Assembly (NCBI GenBank): GCA_963676795.2
Contig: CAXXTB010000001.1
Span: forward strand, 480,001 to 544,000
DNA length: 64,000 nt
From: Geopsychrobacteraceae bacterium
GTDB taxonomy: Bacteria; Desulfobacterota; Desulfuromonadia; Desulfuromonadales; Geopsychrobacteraceae
Direction of reading: 5' to 3'
The stretch's first letter is position 1, and each line of letters starts with the position of its first letter. Under the pieces are notes generated by a model. That model searched no databases. It worked only from the letters and a program-made list of their open reading frames with translations, and was not told the origin of the DNA. The position numbers were made by a program, and so were the translations under genes. Of this stretch, positions 29,802 through 38,269 are shown piece by piece.

Positions 29802-31139
29802 ATGAAAAGAATAGGTTGCGGGATCATTGCGCTGTTGTTTTTCTGGACCGCACTGGCTTGTGCGGAGCCTGATTCTGTCAGCGGGCAGATCGTCGCTGCG
29901 GATAGCGGTGTCGCCATCGCCGGTGCATCGGTCCGGTCGTCCGGCGATCAGGCTCAGAGCAATGAGCAGGGGACTTTCGCTTTGCAGGCAGGTTCATCGG
30001 CCCTGATCATCCGCAAAGCCGGTTATCTTCCCGCCCGGGTGTCCAGCCTGTTTGCTTCGAAAATCACTCTTCAGCCTATCACTCCCAAGGCACTATACCT
30101 CTCTTACTGGGGCGCGGACAGCGCCGAACTGCGTCGGCACCTGCTCGATCTGCTCGAAGAAACCGGGATGAATGCCCTGGTCATCGATCTCAAGTCGGTG
30201 CGGGGGGATATCGCCTATCGTTCCAATGTCCCGCTGGCGACCGCGGTTGGTGCCCAGCGGGTCCGGACCCTGAAGGATCTGCCGCAGCTGATGACCGAGC
30301 TCAAGCAGCGGGGGATCTACACCATTGCCCGCATGGCGGTCTTCAAGGACGACAAGCTGGCCAGGGGGCGCGGCGACCTGGCCATTTACAGCGATGGCAG
30401 GATCTGGAGCGACCGTGAAAAGATGGCCTGGAGCGACCCGTTTCAGCAGGATGTCAGGAATTACAACCTGGCCCTTGCCGAAGAGGTTGCCGCTTTCGGT
30501 TTTGATGAAATTCAGTTCGACTACATCCGCTTCCCGGAGAAATCGGATATCCAACTCTCCCAGGCCAACACCGGGGAAAACCGGGTGGCCGCCATCAATA
30601 CCTTTCTCGACCAGGCTCGCGAGCGGCTGGCCCATTATCCGGTAATGATCTCGGCCAATATCTTCGGTTACATCTGCTGGAAACCGAACGACACCAAGAT
30701 CGGCCAGCGTCTGGCCGATCTGGCCGGGCGGGTCGATTACCTGTCGCCGATGCTGTATCCCTCCGGTTTTACCTACGGGATTCCGGGGATCGACAACCCG
30801 GTCGCCCACAATTTCGAGGTGATCGATCGCTCCTTGCAGCAGGCGATCGACAATGCCGGACTTGAACCTCAGCAATTGCGCCCCTGGCTGCAAGCCTTCA
30901 GGGACTACTCCTTTGATCGCCGATCCTACAAGGCCGAGGACATCCAGGATCAGATCCGCGCCAGTATCAGCAAGAAGAGCCATGGCTGGATGCTCTGGAA
31001 TGCTGCCAGCCGCTTCTCCTATGCCGGGTTGATCCCTGAGCCGAAGGTCGACGTCAACCTGGTTGGCGCAGACAGTTCAGCCGAACTTCGTTCCGATCTG
31101 GACGGTGAGGAAAATCAACAGCAGGATTTGACCTTTTAG
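29802..31139 (+). CDS. Exported putative glycoside hydrolase (DUF4015-like TIM barrel) with N-terminal beta-sandwich domain
   Basis: Signal peptide, NALVIDLK, IARMAVFKD, GFDEIQFDYIRFP, SPMLYPS, RPWLQAF, GWMLWN. Confidence 0.82.
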   Translation: MKRIGCGIIALLFFWTALACAEPDSVSGQIVAADSGVAIAGASVRSSGDQAQSNEQGTFALQAGSSALIIRKAGYLPARVSSLFASKITLQPITPKALYLSYWGADSAELRRHLLDLLEETGMNALVIDLKSVRGDIAYRSNVPLATAVGAQRVRTLKDLPQLMTELKQRGIYTIARMAVFKDDKLARGRGDLAIYSDGRIWSDREKMAWSDPFQQDVRNYNLALAEEVAAFGFDEIQFDYIRFPEKSDIQLSQANTGENRVAAINTFLDQARERLAHYPVMISANIFGYICWKPNDTKIGQRLADLAGRVDYLSPMLYPSGFTYGIPGIDNPVAHNFEVIDRSLQQAIDNAGLEPQQLRPWLQAFRDYSFDRRSYKAEDIQDQIRASISKKSHGWMLWNAASRFSYAGLIPEPKVDVNLVGADSSAELRSDLDGEENQQQDLTF

Positions 31140-31288
31140 AAGTCACTCGTGTTCTATCTGGCAGAGTTGTTATCTTTTCTGTTGGGATATGGCTGCCTGT
31201 TTGATTGTCTAACTGTTTGTTTTACAGTGATTTCTTGTTTTTTTGCAGGAACTGTAGTAGAAAGCAGAACAGTGGTTTAATGATGGCG

Positions 31289-31320
31289 AAGCCCTTCGCG
31301 ACAACTGGAAGGGTTTTTTT
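31289..31320 (+). terminator. Terminator-like hairpin in the aroE leader
   Basis: AAGCCCTTC-N10-GAAGGGTTT plus T-run ending 22 nt before the aroE start. Confidence 0.45.
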
Positions 31321-31342
31321 AGTTTTCTAGAAGAGGTTTGCA

Positions 31343-32257
31343 GTGAGCGAAACAGGAACAAGAGTGTTGATGGTTCTGGGTGACCCGATTGCCCATTCTT
31401 TATCTCCGGTCATGCAGAATGCCGCTCTCAAAGAGGCGGGAATCAACGCAGTTTACGGCACCAGCCGGGTCCCGAAAGAGAAGATCGGGGATGCTGTTGC
31501 TGCGATCCGGGCGCTTGGAATCTGGGGTGTCAACTGCACTGTCCCATTGAAGGAAGTCGTTATCCCGCATCTGGATGAAGTGGATGACGCAGCCCGCCTG
31601 GTTGGTGCTGTCAATACCGTCGTCAATCGTGACGGGCACCTATGCGGTTATAACACCGATGTCTACGGTATTTCCAAGACCCTCGAAATCGATCTCGGTT
31701 TCGACCCCCAAGGCAAGAAGGTCATGTTGCTTGGTGCCGGTGGTGCGGCCCGCGCAGCCATTGTCGCCATGTGTCGTGCAGGGGCGAAAATTCTTGGAAT
31801 CGCCAACCGCAGCGTCGAACGTGCTGAAGCTCTGGCTGCAGAATTCACCAAGGTCTATCCGGATACCGAATTTCACACCTACTCCCTGTCGCCACTCGAT
31901 CTGGCCGACGGGCTCAAGGGTGCCGATCTGCTCATCAATTCGACCTCCGTCGGACTCAAAGGGGATCGTTTTATCGATTTCCCATGGCAGGTCCTCCCGC
32001 AGCAGGCCCCGGTTCTCGATGTCGTTTACAGCGCGACCGAGACGCCATTCATCGAAGCCGCCAAACATCACGGTCACATGGCCACAGGCGGTCTCGGCAT
32101 GCTCGCGGCCCAGGGCGAAAAGGCCTTTGAACTCTGGACCGGTGTTCAACCCAAGGAATGGCTGATGCGTACCTGCCTGACAGCAGCTCAAAAAAAGCCG
32201 AAGACGATACCGATTGACGGCCATTCGTCAGCAGCAGTTGCCGGCGGGAAGAAATAA
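31343..32257 (+). CDS. aroE: Shikimate dehydrogenase
   Basis: G.PIAHSLSP.MQN, NCTVPLK, GAVNT, NTD, LGAGGAARA, NSTSVG, GMLAAQG. Confidence 0.95.
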   Translation: MSETGTRVLMVLGDPIAHSLSPVMQNAALKEAGINAVYGTSRVPKEKIGDAVAAIRALGIWGVNCTVPLKEVVIPHLDEVDDAARLVGAVNTVVNRDGHLCGYNTDVYGISKTLEIDLGFDPQGKKVMLLGAGGAARAAIVAMCRAGAKILGIANRSVERAEALAAEFTKVYPDTEFHTYSLSPLDLADGLKGADLLINSTSVGLKGDRFIDFPWQVLPQQAPVLDVVYSATETPFIEAAKHHGHMATGGLGMLAAQGEKAFELWTGVQPKEWLMRTCLTAAQKKPKTIPIDGHSSAAVAGGKK

Positions 32258-32274
32258 GACAAGCATGATTCACA

Positions 32275-32305
32275 CAAAAGCCCGGCCGTTATGGTCGGGC
32301 TTTTG
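32275..32305. terminator. Bidirectional intrinsic terminator
   Basis: CAAAAGCCCGGCC / GGTCGGGCTTTTG between convergent genes. Confidence 0.8.
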
Positions 32306-32369
32306 CGTTCTGGAAACTAAAAGTCGGTTCGGGAGCGGTCTGTTTCGACTGAACCCATGATCAGGCTTC

Positions 32370-33923
32370 CTATGGAATCTCTCCATTCTGGACCAAATCG
32401 GTCTGAGCCTGCGGCAACAGGATATGCCACTTCGGTCGTCTCCAGGTGCTCCGGAAGCTTTCGACCCCTTTATCATCAGCCTGCCTGCGGCGCTCATCAC
32501 CATCGAGAAAACTGATCAGCTCGAACTGTTGCTGCACAGTGTCGAAGCTGGTGTCGAACTGTTCTGCAAAGGCGTTGGCCGGAGTGACCAGATGCCCCAT
32601 CAATTTTGTCAGGGGTAACTGCAGCCCTTGTTTTGTCCGGTCGGACAGATAGGCTTTGACCACCAGTTCGGTGCAGACCAGGGCGTCATCGCTTAAAAAA
32701 TCGAAAGCGTAATCGTAAGGACGCCCCTGATATTTCATCGCTCTGACGACGGCTGCTGCACGATCTGCAGGGGCGAGCAGCGGACGAAGAACGGCAAGAG
32801 AATCGCAGGCGGCCGAATGCTCGAAAGAGGTCAGCGATACGCCTGGCGACAAGGCCTCAATGACTGCAGGCATGTTGCCATCCTGATAAGGCAACAGAAG
32901 CCGTTCATAAACCTGCGGATAGCTTTTTTCGATGAGCTGATCAATTGAAGCCGCTCCTTGCTGCCCGAGCCAGACGGCGACCTCAGGGCGTGCAGAGAAG
33001 CTGGCTCGCTGTTCTGCCGTGCCGATATATATGGCGGCATGGGTCCAGAAGCCGGGGATGCCGACATTGGTCATGTACCACTCACGCCGTTCCAGCAGGA
33101 TGTCTCCCGGTTCCAGCTGCTCCTGCAGGGCGTTGATCTGTTCAGCGCTGATCAGCGCCTCCCCTTTACGCCAGACCTTGGTCTGACCCATCCATTCGGC
33201 GACCCCTTTTTGCAGCGGAAACCAGCTGTTCTGTCCAGCACGTTCGAGAATGGCCAGACCGTTTTTCAATGTCATCAGCGGGCCGGGACCTTTGCCTGCG
33301 GCGAGAATCAACGCGCTGTCCTCATTCGCCCATACGGCCAGTTGAGCATCATCAGCCGGACCATAATAGGCAGCGACCGATTCCAGCCCGGCATAACGTC
33401 CGGCCTTGAGAACATTGAGATACTGGTACTTGAAATCGTTGTATAATGACGGTTGCAAGCCGCTATGAGGGTCTCCTTCGTTGATGATGGTCGCAATGGC
33501 CTGATCTTTCTCAAATTGCGGGATAAGTTCCAGTGCAACCCGGTACTGGGTCAGAAAGATGCTACGCTGCAGATGGAAAATCTGCTTTTTGTCGGCAGCC
33601 GTTTCATCAGCCAACAGGGCAAGTTGGTCGAAGGTCAGATAGTAATCAACGATCTGATACCAGAGCGAGCAGAGTTCCTGCCTGATCTCCGGCTTCAGGT
33701 AATGGGCACTGCTGTCATCGCCACTGACAAAAACAGGATCGGCAAGGATCTGATCTCGCAGTTCAAACAGCATTGCACGCAGGGTTTTATATTCCTGCGT
33801 GAGTTCAGTGACATCAACTGTTGGCCTCTTATCTGCCTCTGTTGCTGCTACGCCTTGGCCGACCGTCAAGGTCAGGCAGAGGCCTATCAATGCGCCAGTT
33901 ATGCGAAATATGCGGTTTAACAT
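32370..33923 (-). CDS. Exported permuted NlpC/P60 (YiiX/YebB-like) cysteine hydrolase
   Basis: Signal peptide; PGDILL, FWTHAAIYIG (His), GRPYD..F...D.LVCTELV (Cys) in permuted order. Confidence 0.82.
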   Translation of the reverse strand: MLNRIFRITGALIGLCLTLTVGQGVAATEADKRPTVDVTELTQEYKTLRAMLFELRDQILADPVFVSGDDSSAHYLKPEIRQELCSLWYQIVDYYLTFDQLALLADETAADKKQIFHLQRSIFLTQYRVALELIPQFEKDQAIATIINEGDPHSGLQPSLYNDFKYQYLNVLKAGRYAGLESVAAYYGPADDAQLAVWANEDSALILAAGKGPGPLMTLKNGLAILERAGQNSWFPLQKGVAEWMGQTKVWRKGEALISAEQINALQEQLEPGDILLERREWYMTNVGIPGFWTHAAIYIGTAEQRASFSARPEVAVWLGQQGAASIDQLIEKSYPQVYERLLLPYQDGNMPAVIEALSPGVSLTSFEHSAACDSLAVLRPLLAPADRAAAVVRAMKYQGRPYDYAFDFLSDDALVCTELVVKAYLSDRTKQGLQLPLTKLMGHLVTPANAFAEQFDTSFDTVQQQFELISFLDGDERRRQADDKGVESFRSTWRRPKWHILLPQAQTDLVQNGEIP

Positions 33924-33983
33924 TTACCCCTCCAGAAAAATGGTTATAGCAAAGTGGACCTAGCAATGCGGTAGAAGAGCAGG

Positions 33984-34262
33984 TCAGCCATAACACATAG
34001 CAAGTGCCGAAAGTCCACCGCCGATTGCAGGTAGCGCAAAAATAAAGAGAACCACTAAGTAGCGGTTAAATACGGATTTATAAGCTATGAACTGATGGAT
34101 CAGGCCAAAGGTCATGGCCAGAACGCTGGAAGCCACACCGATCAGGCAGATAACGACGAGTTCGCCAAGCATCCCCATATCCAGAGGACCGCTGATCAGC
34201 TTGAAAAACAAAGCTGAAATTAAATAGGCGAAGATGCAGAACGTCCATGCCAAGAAATTCAC
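33984..34262 (-). CDS. Small 3-TM membrane protein (possible immunity/accessory)
   Basis: 92 aa, three hydrophobic segments, GTG start about 10 nt after the upstream stop. Confidence 0.6.
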   Translation of the reverse strand: MNFLAWTFCIFAYLISALFFKLISGPLDMGMLGELVVICLIGVASSVLAMTFGLIHQFIAYKSVFNRYLVVLFIFALPAIGGGLSALAMCYG

Positions 34263-34271
34263 GTCTGAGTC

Positions 34272-35411
34272 CTAAAATCTGATATTCGAGCCGTCGGTGA
34301 TCAGGTTGAGTTTAGGACCTCGCTTGATACGGCTTGGACGGAAATCGTTGATCTGTGCGTTGCTCAGGTCGATCTTGCCGTTGAGGGTGACGTTGTCCCA
34401 GACGACGATGTCGGCTTTAAAATTTTCACCGTCAATTTCTTCAATTGTGCAATTTTGTACAAGTAACTCTTCGGCAAAACCATCCCAGAGAGGAAAATCG
34501 TGAATTTTGCAATCGATTAATGAGATAAAGGGTAATTTCGCCTCACTCAGAGAAAACATGTAAAATTCAACGCCCCTTGCATGCACTTTTGAAATGACAG
34601 AATCCGAAAACGCAGTCTTCAACTTCCCTCCTTCAATACTGACAAACCTTGCGGTCACCTCTGCAAGCGATAACCCACGCCACATGTCGACATTATCAAT
34701 CCTGATACTTTCAACTGTAGACCCATTAAAACGAACCGGTCCTTCTCCTTGTTTGACACGCCGCAGGGTGACGGTGGAGAAGTTGCTTTTGCCGAAGTTT
34801 ACTTCGTCGAGTAATCCGTCTTCTATGAGGAGCGTGTTGTTACCACTCAAGCCCATCATATTAACCCCAGAAAGTTTTGTATTGCGGAAGGTGAAAGGAA
34901 TTTTTCCATCGGTAAAAGATGATCGGTCTTTGAGCACCGTGTTCTCTACCACAAGTTCATTGCCGCGTAAATCGTCAAACTCGGCATTTTCTCCTTTACA
35001 ATTTTGAATCTTTACATTCATGACAGTGCTGCCAAGAAGATTTGTATTTATGAATTCACAATCCAAAAAAACAGCATCGATGTATTTTGAATTCCATGAT
35101 TTGTAATTAATAAATTTACATTTTCGAAACTCTACATCTCTATATTCTGATTTGCTTGAAAAAACATTTTCAAATGTTACCTCTTCAAAAGTTGCCCCAT
35201 TGAAAATAACACCATCAATGTCAATGTTTTCTATTTTTATGTTTTCCAATTTAACATTTGGATGTGTCGAAGTGTATTCATTAATCTTCTTTACATCTTT
35301 GGATAGTTCAGCCCAGTTCTTTTGAAAATCACTTGGAAAAATATTCATAGCGCTTGCCGCTCCTAAAGTTAATAAAAATACAACTATTGTGAGGGAATAG
35401 TATTTAATCAT
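34272..35411 (-). CDS. Exported pentapeptide-repeat / beta-helix protein, putative immunity protein
   Basis: Sec signal (…LGAASA-), 5-residue periodicity ENIKI ENIDI DGVIF NGATF EEVTF…; AT-rich; directly downstream of the putative effector. Confidence 0.75.
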   Translation of the reverse strand: MIKYYSLTIVVFLLTLGAASAMNIFPSDFQKNWAELSKDVKKINEYTSTHPNVKLENIKIENIDIDGVIFNGATFEEVTFENVFSSKSEYRDVEFRKCKFINYKSWNSKYIDAVFLDCEFINTNLLGSTVMNVKIQNCKGENAEFDDLRGNELVVENTVLKDRSSFTDGKIPFTFRNTKLSGVNMMGLSGNNTLLIEDGLLDEVNFGKSNFSTVTLRRVKQGEGPVRFNGSTVESIRIDNVDMWRGLSLAEVTARFVSIEGGKLKTAFSDSVISKVHARGVEFYMFSLSEAKLPFISLIDCKIHDFPLWDGFAEELLVQNCTIEEIDGENFKADIVVWDNVTLNGKIDLSNAQINDFRPSRIKRGPKLNLITDGSNIRF

Positions 35412-35423
35412 CTTGTCACCAGA

Positions 35424-38255
35424 TTAGCTTTCAGGGTTTAGATTGTATGCATACTCAGGGTAGTTTTTGGCGCGACCCTTATGGTCTGGGATCTCTCCAT
35501 ACTGCTTATGCCTCTTAATCTCCCACCTTCCCATATCTCCCTTTACCTTATCCAGCACCGCTTGCCGTTTGGCAATCAGGCTGAGCATCTCTGGGCTGTT
35601 TCTCTGGTTTTCCGGAATACCGGCGGCAGGGTCTAGCAAAACGTCCGTTGCACCGGAATAAATTCCCACCTGAATGTTCCAGGGCGAGGTGAAATCGTAG
35701 TGCTGAAACGCTCGTTCGCTTAGTGAGGTCAGCGCTTCTCCGTTGAACTTTATAGTGAGAAAGATAACACCTATCTTAAAGTCCTCCTTAAATCTCCGGG
35801 CAAGATGTTTGCCAAGATCAAAGTTAAGGGCGTCATTCTTGTTTAGCGTTGATACTGCTAGGCAAGGCTTGGGAGTTTCTCCCCCAACAAAATATACGGC
35901 CACTTCTTTTATCAGCGTCTGCTTAACAGTGTCACTTAGATCCGGATGAATTTTGTCCCAACAGGGTTTCATCTCAAAAGTTCCATCAGATCCAACAGCC
36001 CGGAAATACTCCCAGAATCCACCACCCATTATGTCGATATAGTCACAGGCGACACAGAAGCGGGGCTTTGCGGATTCCTTCGTACTGGTGATGACCTGAA
36101 TGGTCTCATGACCATCAAGCATGATCCGGCTGCCCGACGGGGTTTCCATTCCCTGGCAGCTCATTTCTCCGGCATGGTTCTGTTTGGGAATCGGACCGGC
36201 ACTGGCAGAAACCAGCAGCTTGGTTCGACCTGTCCAGTTGCCACTCTTTAAGGAGGTCTCTTTGTTTGGGTATCCAGCGGTTATTTTAAGAGTCTTGCGC
36301 CCTAGTATATTCGATTCGTAGTTGTCGCAGCGGTACAAGCCGACACGGTGGGAATGGCCGGACAGGGTGTAGTCGAAGTGATTTTCACCGATCCATTCAC
36401 CGTACAGTGTGGCCCGGCCATCGCGAACAGAGCCATGATCGTAGGATGAATAGGTTTCGAAAAAATCATTGCCGTTGATCTCGCCCCGCTCGGCAAGAGG
36501 ACATTCCAGGGCATAATTGGCCTGAGTAAAGTGACTCATCAGGATACGGCTTTCTGCTTTGTTATCCAGAGTGTTCGCCGAGATAAAGGCCTCCTTCATG
36601 CTGATCTGATCACGATTAACGCTTTCGGTTGCCCGCGGCAGCGTGCCACCATTACTGATTGGCAGGGCGGTGACATTCACCAGCTTTTCGCCGTCACCCC
36701 AGCCCAGACCAACAAGGCACTGATCGGCAAAACGGATGGTATAATCGGTCAGCGGCGTGAAGACATGGTAAAACCAGTCGAAGTTTTTGGCATTGAAGTT
36801 GGCCTGGCCGACATAGGTATTGGTCAGCTCCGATGCCGCACTGCTCACAACGCCGGGAACCAGGATCTTGTAGGCGGGACCATACATGAGGATCGCTTCG
36901 TAAAAGGTCAGGTTGTGGTCGAGGGGGATTCCGTCATTGGGCCGGAAGGAACCCAGGCGTGGTGAAATGCCATAGGGGTATTCGTAGGCCTCATGATTGC
37001 CGGTGACAATAAAGATCGGCTTGCCGTAGGTCTTATAGAAATGACAGATGATACTGTAAACCGCCAGCCCGTCGATACCGCAGGGGATGTTGGCATTGTT
37101 GCCTTTTACCGCCTTGATGCTATCGACATAAAGGGCTTCCCACAGCTGTCCGGTGGTGGTTTTGTCTGCTAGGCTGCCGGGATCAAAATTATGCATGTGA
37201 TCGTAGAGGTCACCGGTAATGACAATGGCATCGACTTCTTTGTCGCCTTTGCCAAATTGCTGGAGAAGGTTGAACAGGTTGTCGACATTGTTGTTGGCCA
37301 GCGTGCCAATGAGTGGTGACACATTACTGTCCGTGCTGGGGATGACGGTGGCTTTTTTCCCTTTGTACAGATGCTGTTTGGCTGAAACATGGATATCGCT
37401 CAGATGTCCCAGATTCAGTTTTCTCTTTCCCGCTGGCATCACATATACCGGATGCCGGGTTTGGATCGGCGTATCCGGATCAAATGCGGTAAAATCGACC
37501 CCATTCTCAGTAACCTTAAAGGCATTGAGCGGTGCCGATTCTTCACAGTATTTGTAATAGCGGGATTGGATGTATTCGCGGGTCAAACGATCCTGAATAT
37601 CGAGGTATTTTTCCTGGGAATCGCCGGCCTTTGGCCCCAGATTTGTCAGCAGCCAGAAGCAATCGTACATTTTTCCGGCGCTCAGAGCGGGCTGATCCAG
37701 GTCGATCTGGAAAATATGCCTGATGCCGTCGTTGAAGAAAAACCTGTGCCAGAAACCGTGACGCTCGCCGTCTTCATTGTAACCGATGAAATCAATTTTC
37801 AGACTTTGTCGCAAATTGGCAAAATGCTGACCATCGGCGTTTTCCAACCGATCATCCAGCTCACCCAGATAGGTAACACTGATCTGTTCCTTGGCGACGA
37901 TCTTCTTCAACGAGACTTCATCAGCCTGTTCCAGATTCTTTTTTAGCGTATTGGCCTGATCCCAGGGCAATATCTTCAGGTGTTGCATGATCAGGTCGGC
38001 GATATTGCTGCCCCCTTTGGCCAGTTTGTGGTCATCCTGACCATTGCCGTTCATGAATTCCTCTTTAAAGGTCTGATCGGTGACAATGAACAGGCTGACA
38101 GGTTTGCCTGGCTCGACCACCAGCGGTGCTCCCAGGGACGGATGCAGAATCACCGCAGGTATCATCTTCAGTTGGCAGCCAACGGTTGTCTGTCCGGCTG
38201 AAAACTTCTGTTTGGTTTTTTGAATAGACATGGTCTCAGTTTGATTCGGTTCCAT
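35424..38255 (-). CDS. Large calcineurin-like metallophosphoesterase, putative T6SS cargo effector
   Basis: Motifs HLSDIH, TGDLYD, TGNHE, MSHF and SGHSH in canonical order; no signal peptide; 14 nt downstream of vgrG. Confidence 0.78.
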   Translation of the reverse strand: MEPNQTETMSIQKTKQKFSAGQTTVGCQLKMIPAVILHPSLGAPLVVEPGKPVSLFIVTDQTFKEEFMNGNGQDDHKLAKGGSNIADLIMQHLKILPWDQANTLKKNLEQADEVSLKKIVAKEQISVTYLGELDDRLENADGQHFANLRQSLKIDFIGYNEDGERHGFWHRFFFNDGIRHIFQIDLDQPALSAGKMYDCFWLLTNLGPKAGDSQEKYLDIQDRLTREYIQSRYYKYCEESAPLNAFKVTENGVDFTAFDPDTPIQTRHPVYVMPAGKRKLNLGHLSDIHVSAKQHLYKGKKATVIPSTDSNVSPLIGTLANNNVDNLFNLLQQFGKGDKEVDAIVITGDLYDHMHNFDPGSLADKTTTGQLWEALYVDSIKAVKGNNANIPCGIDGLAVYSIICHFYKTYGKPIFIVTGNHEAYEYPYGISPRLGSFRPNDGIPLDHNLTFYEAILMYGPAYKILVPGVVSSAASELTNTYVGQANFNAKNFDWFYHVFTPLTDYTIRFADQCLVGLGWGDGEKLVNVTALPISNGGTLPRATESVNRDQISMKEAFISANTLDNKAESRILMSHFTQANYALECPLAERGEINGNDFFETYSSYDHGSVRDGRATLYGEWIGENHFDYTLSGHSHRVGLYRCDNYESNILGRKTLKITAGYPNKETSLKSGNWTGRTKLLVSASAGPIPKQNHAGEMSCQGMETPSGSRIMLDGHETIQVITSTKESAKPRFCVACDYIDIMGGGFWEYFRAVGSDGTFEMKPCWDKIHPDLSDTVKQTLIKEVAVYFVGGETPKPCLAVSTLNKNDALNFDLGKHLARRFKEDFKIGVIFLTIKFNGEALTSLSERAFQHYDFTSPWNIQVGIYSGATDVLLDPAAGIPENQRNSPEMLSLIAKRQAVLDKVKGDMGRWEIKRHKQYGEIPDHKGRAKNYPEYAYNLNPES

Positions 38256-38269
38256 TGTACAGCTCTATT

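Noticed and set aside
31215..31230. LexA-like CTGT…ACAG
   Set aside because: Spacer is 7 nt rather than 8, and no SOS gene is adjacent
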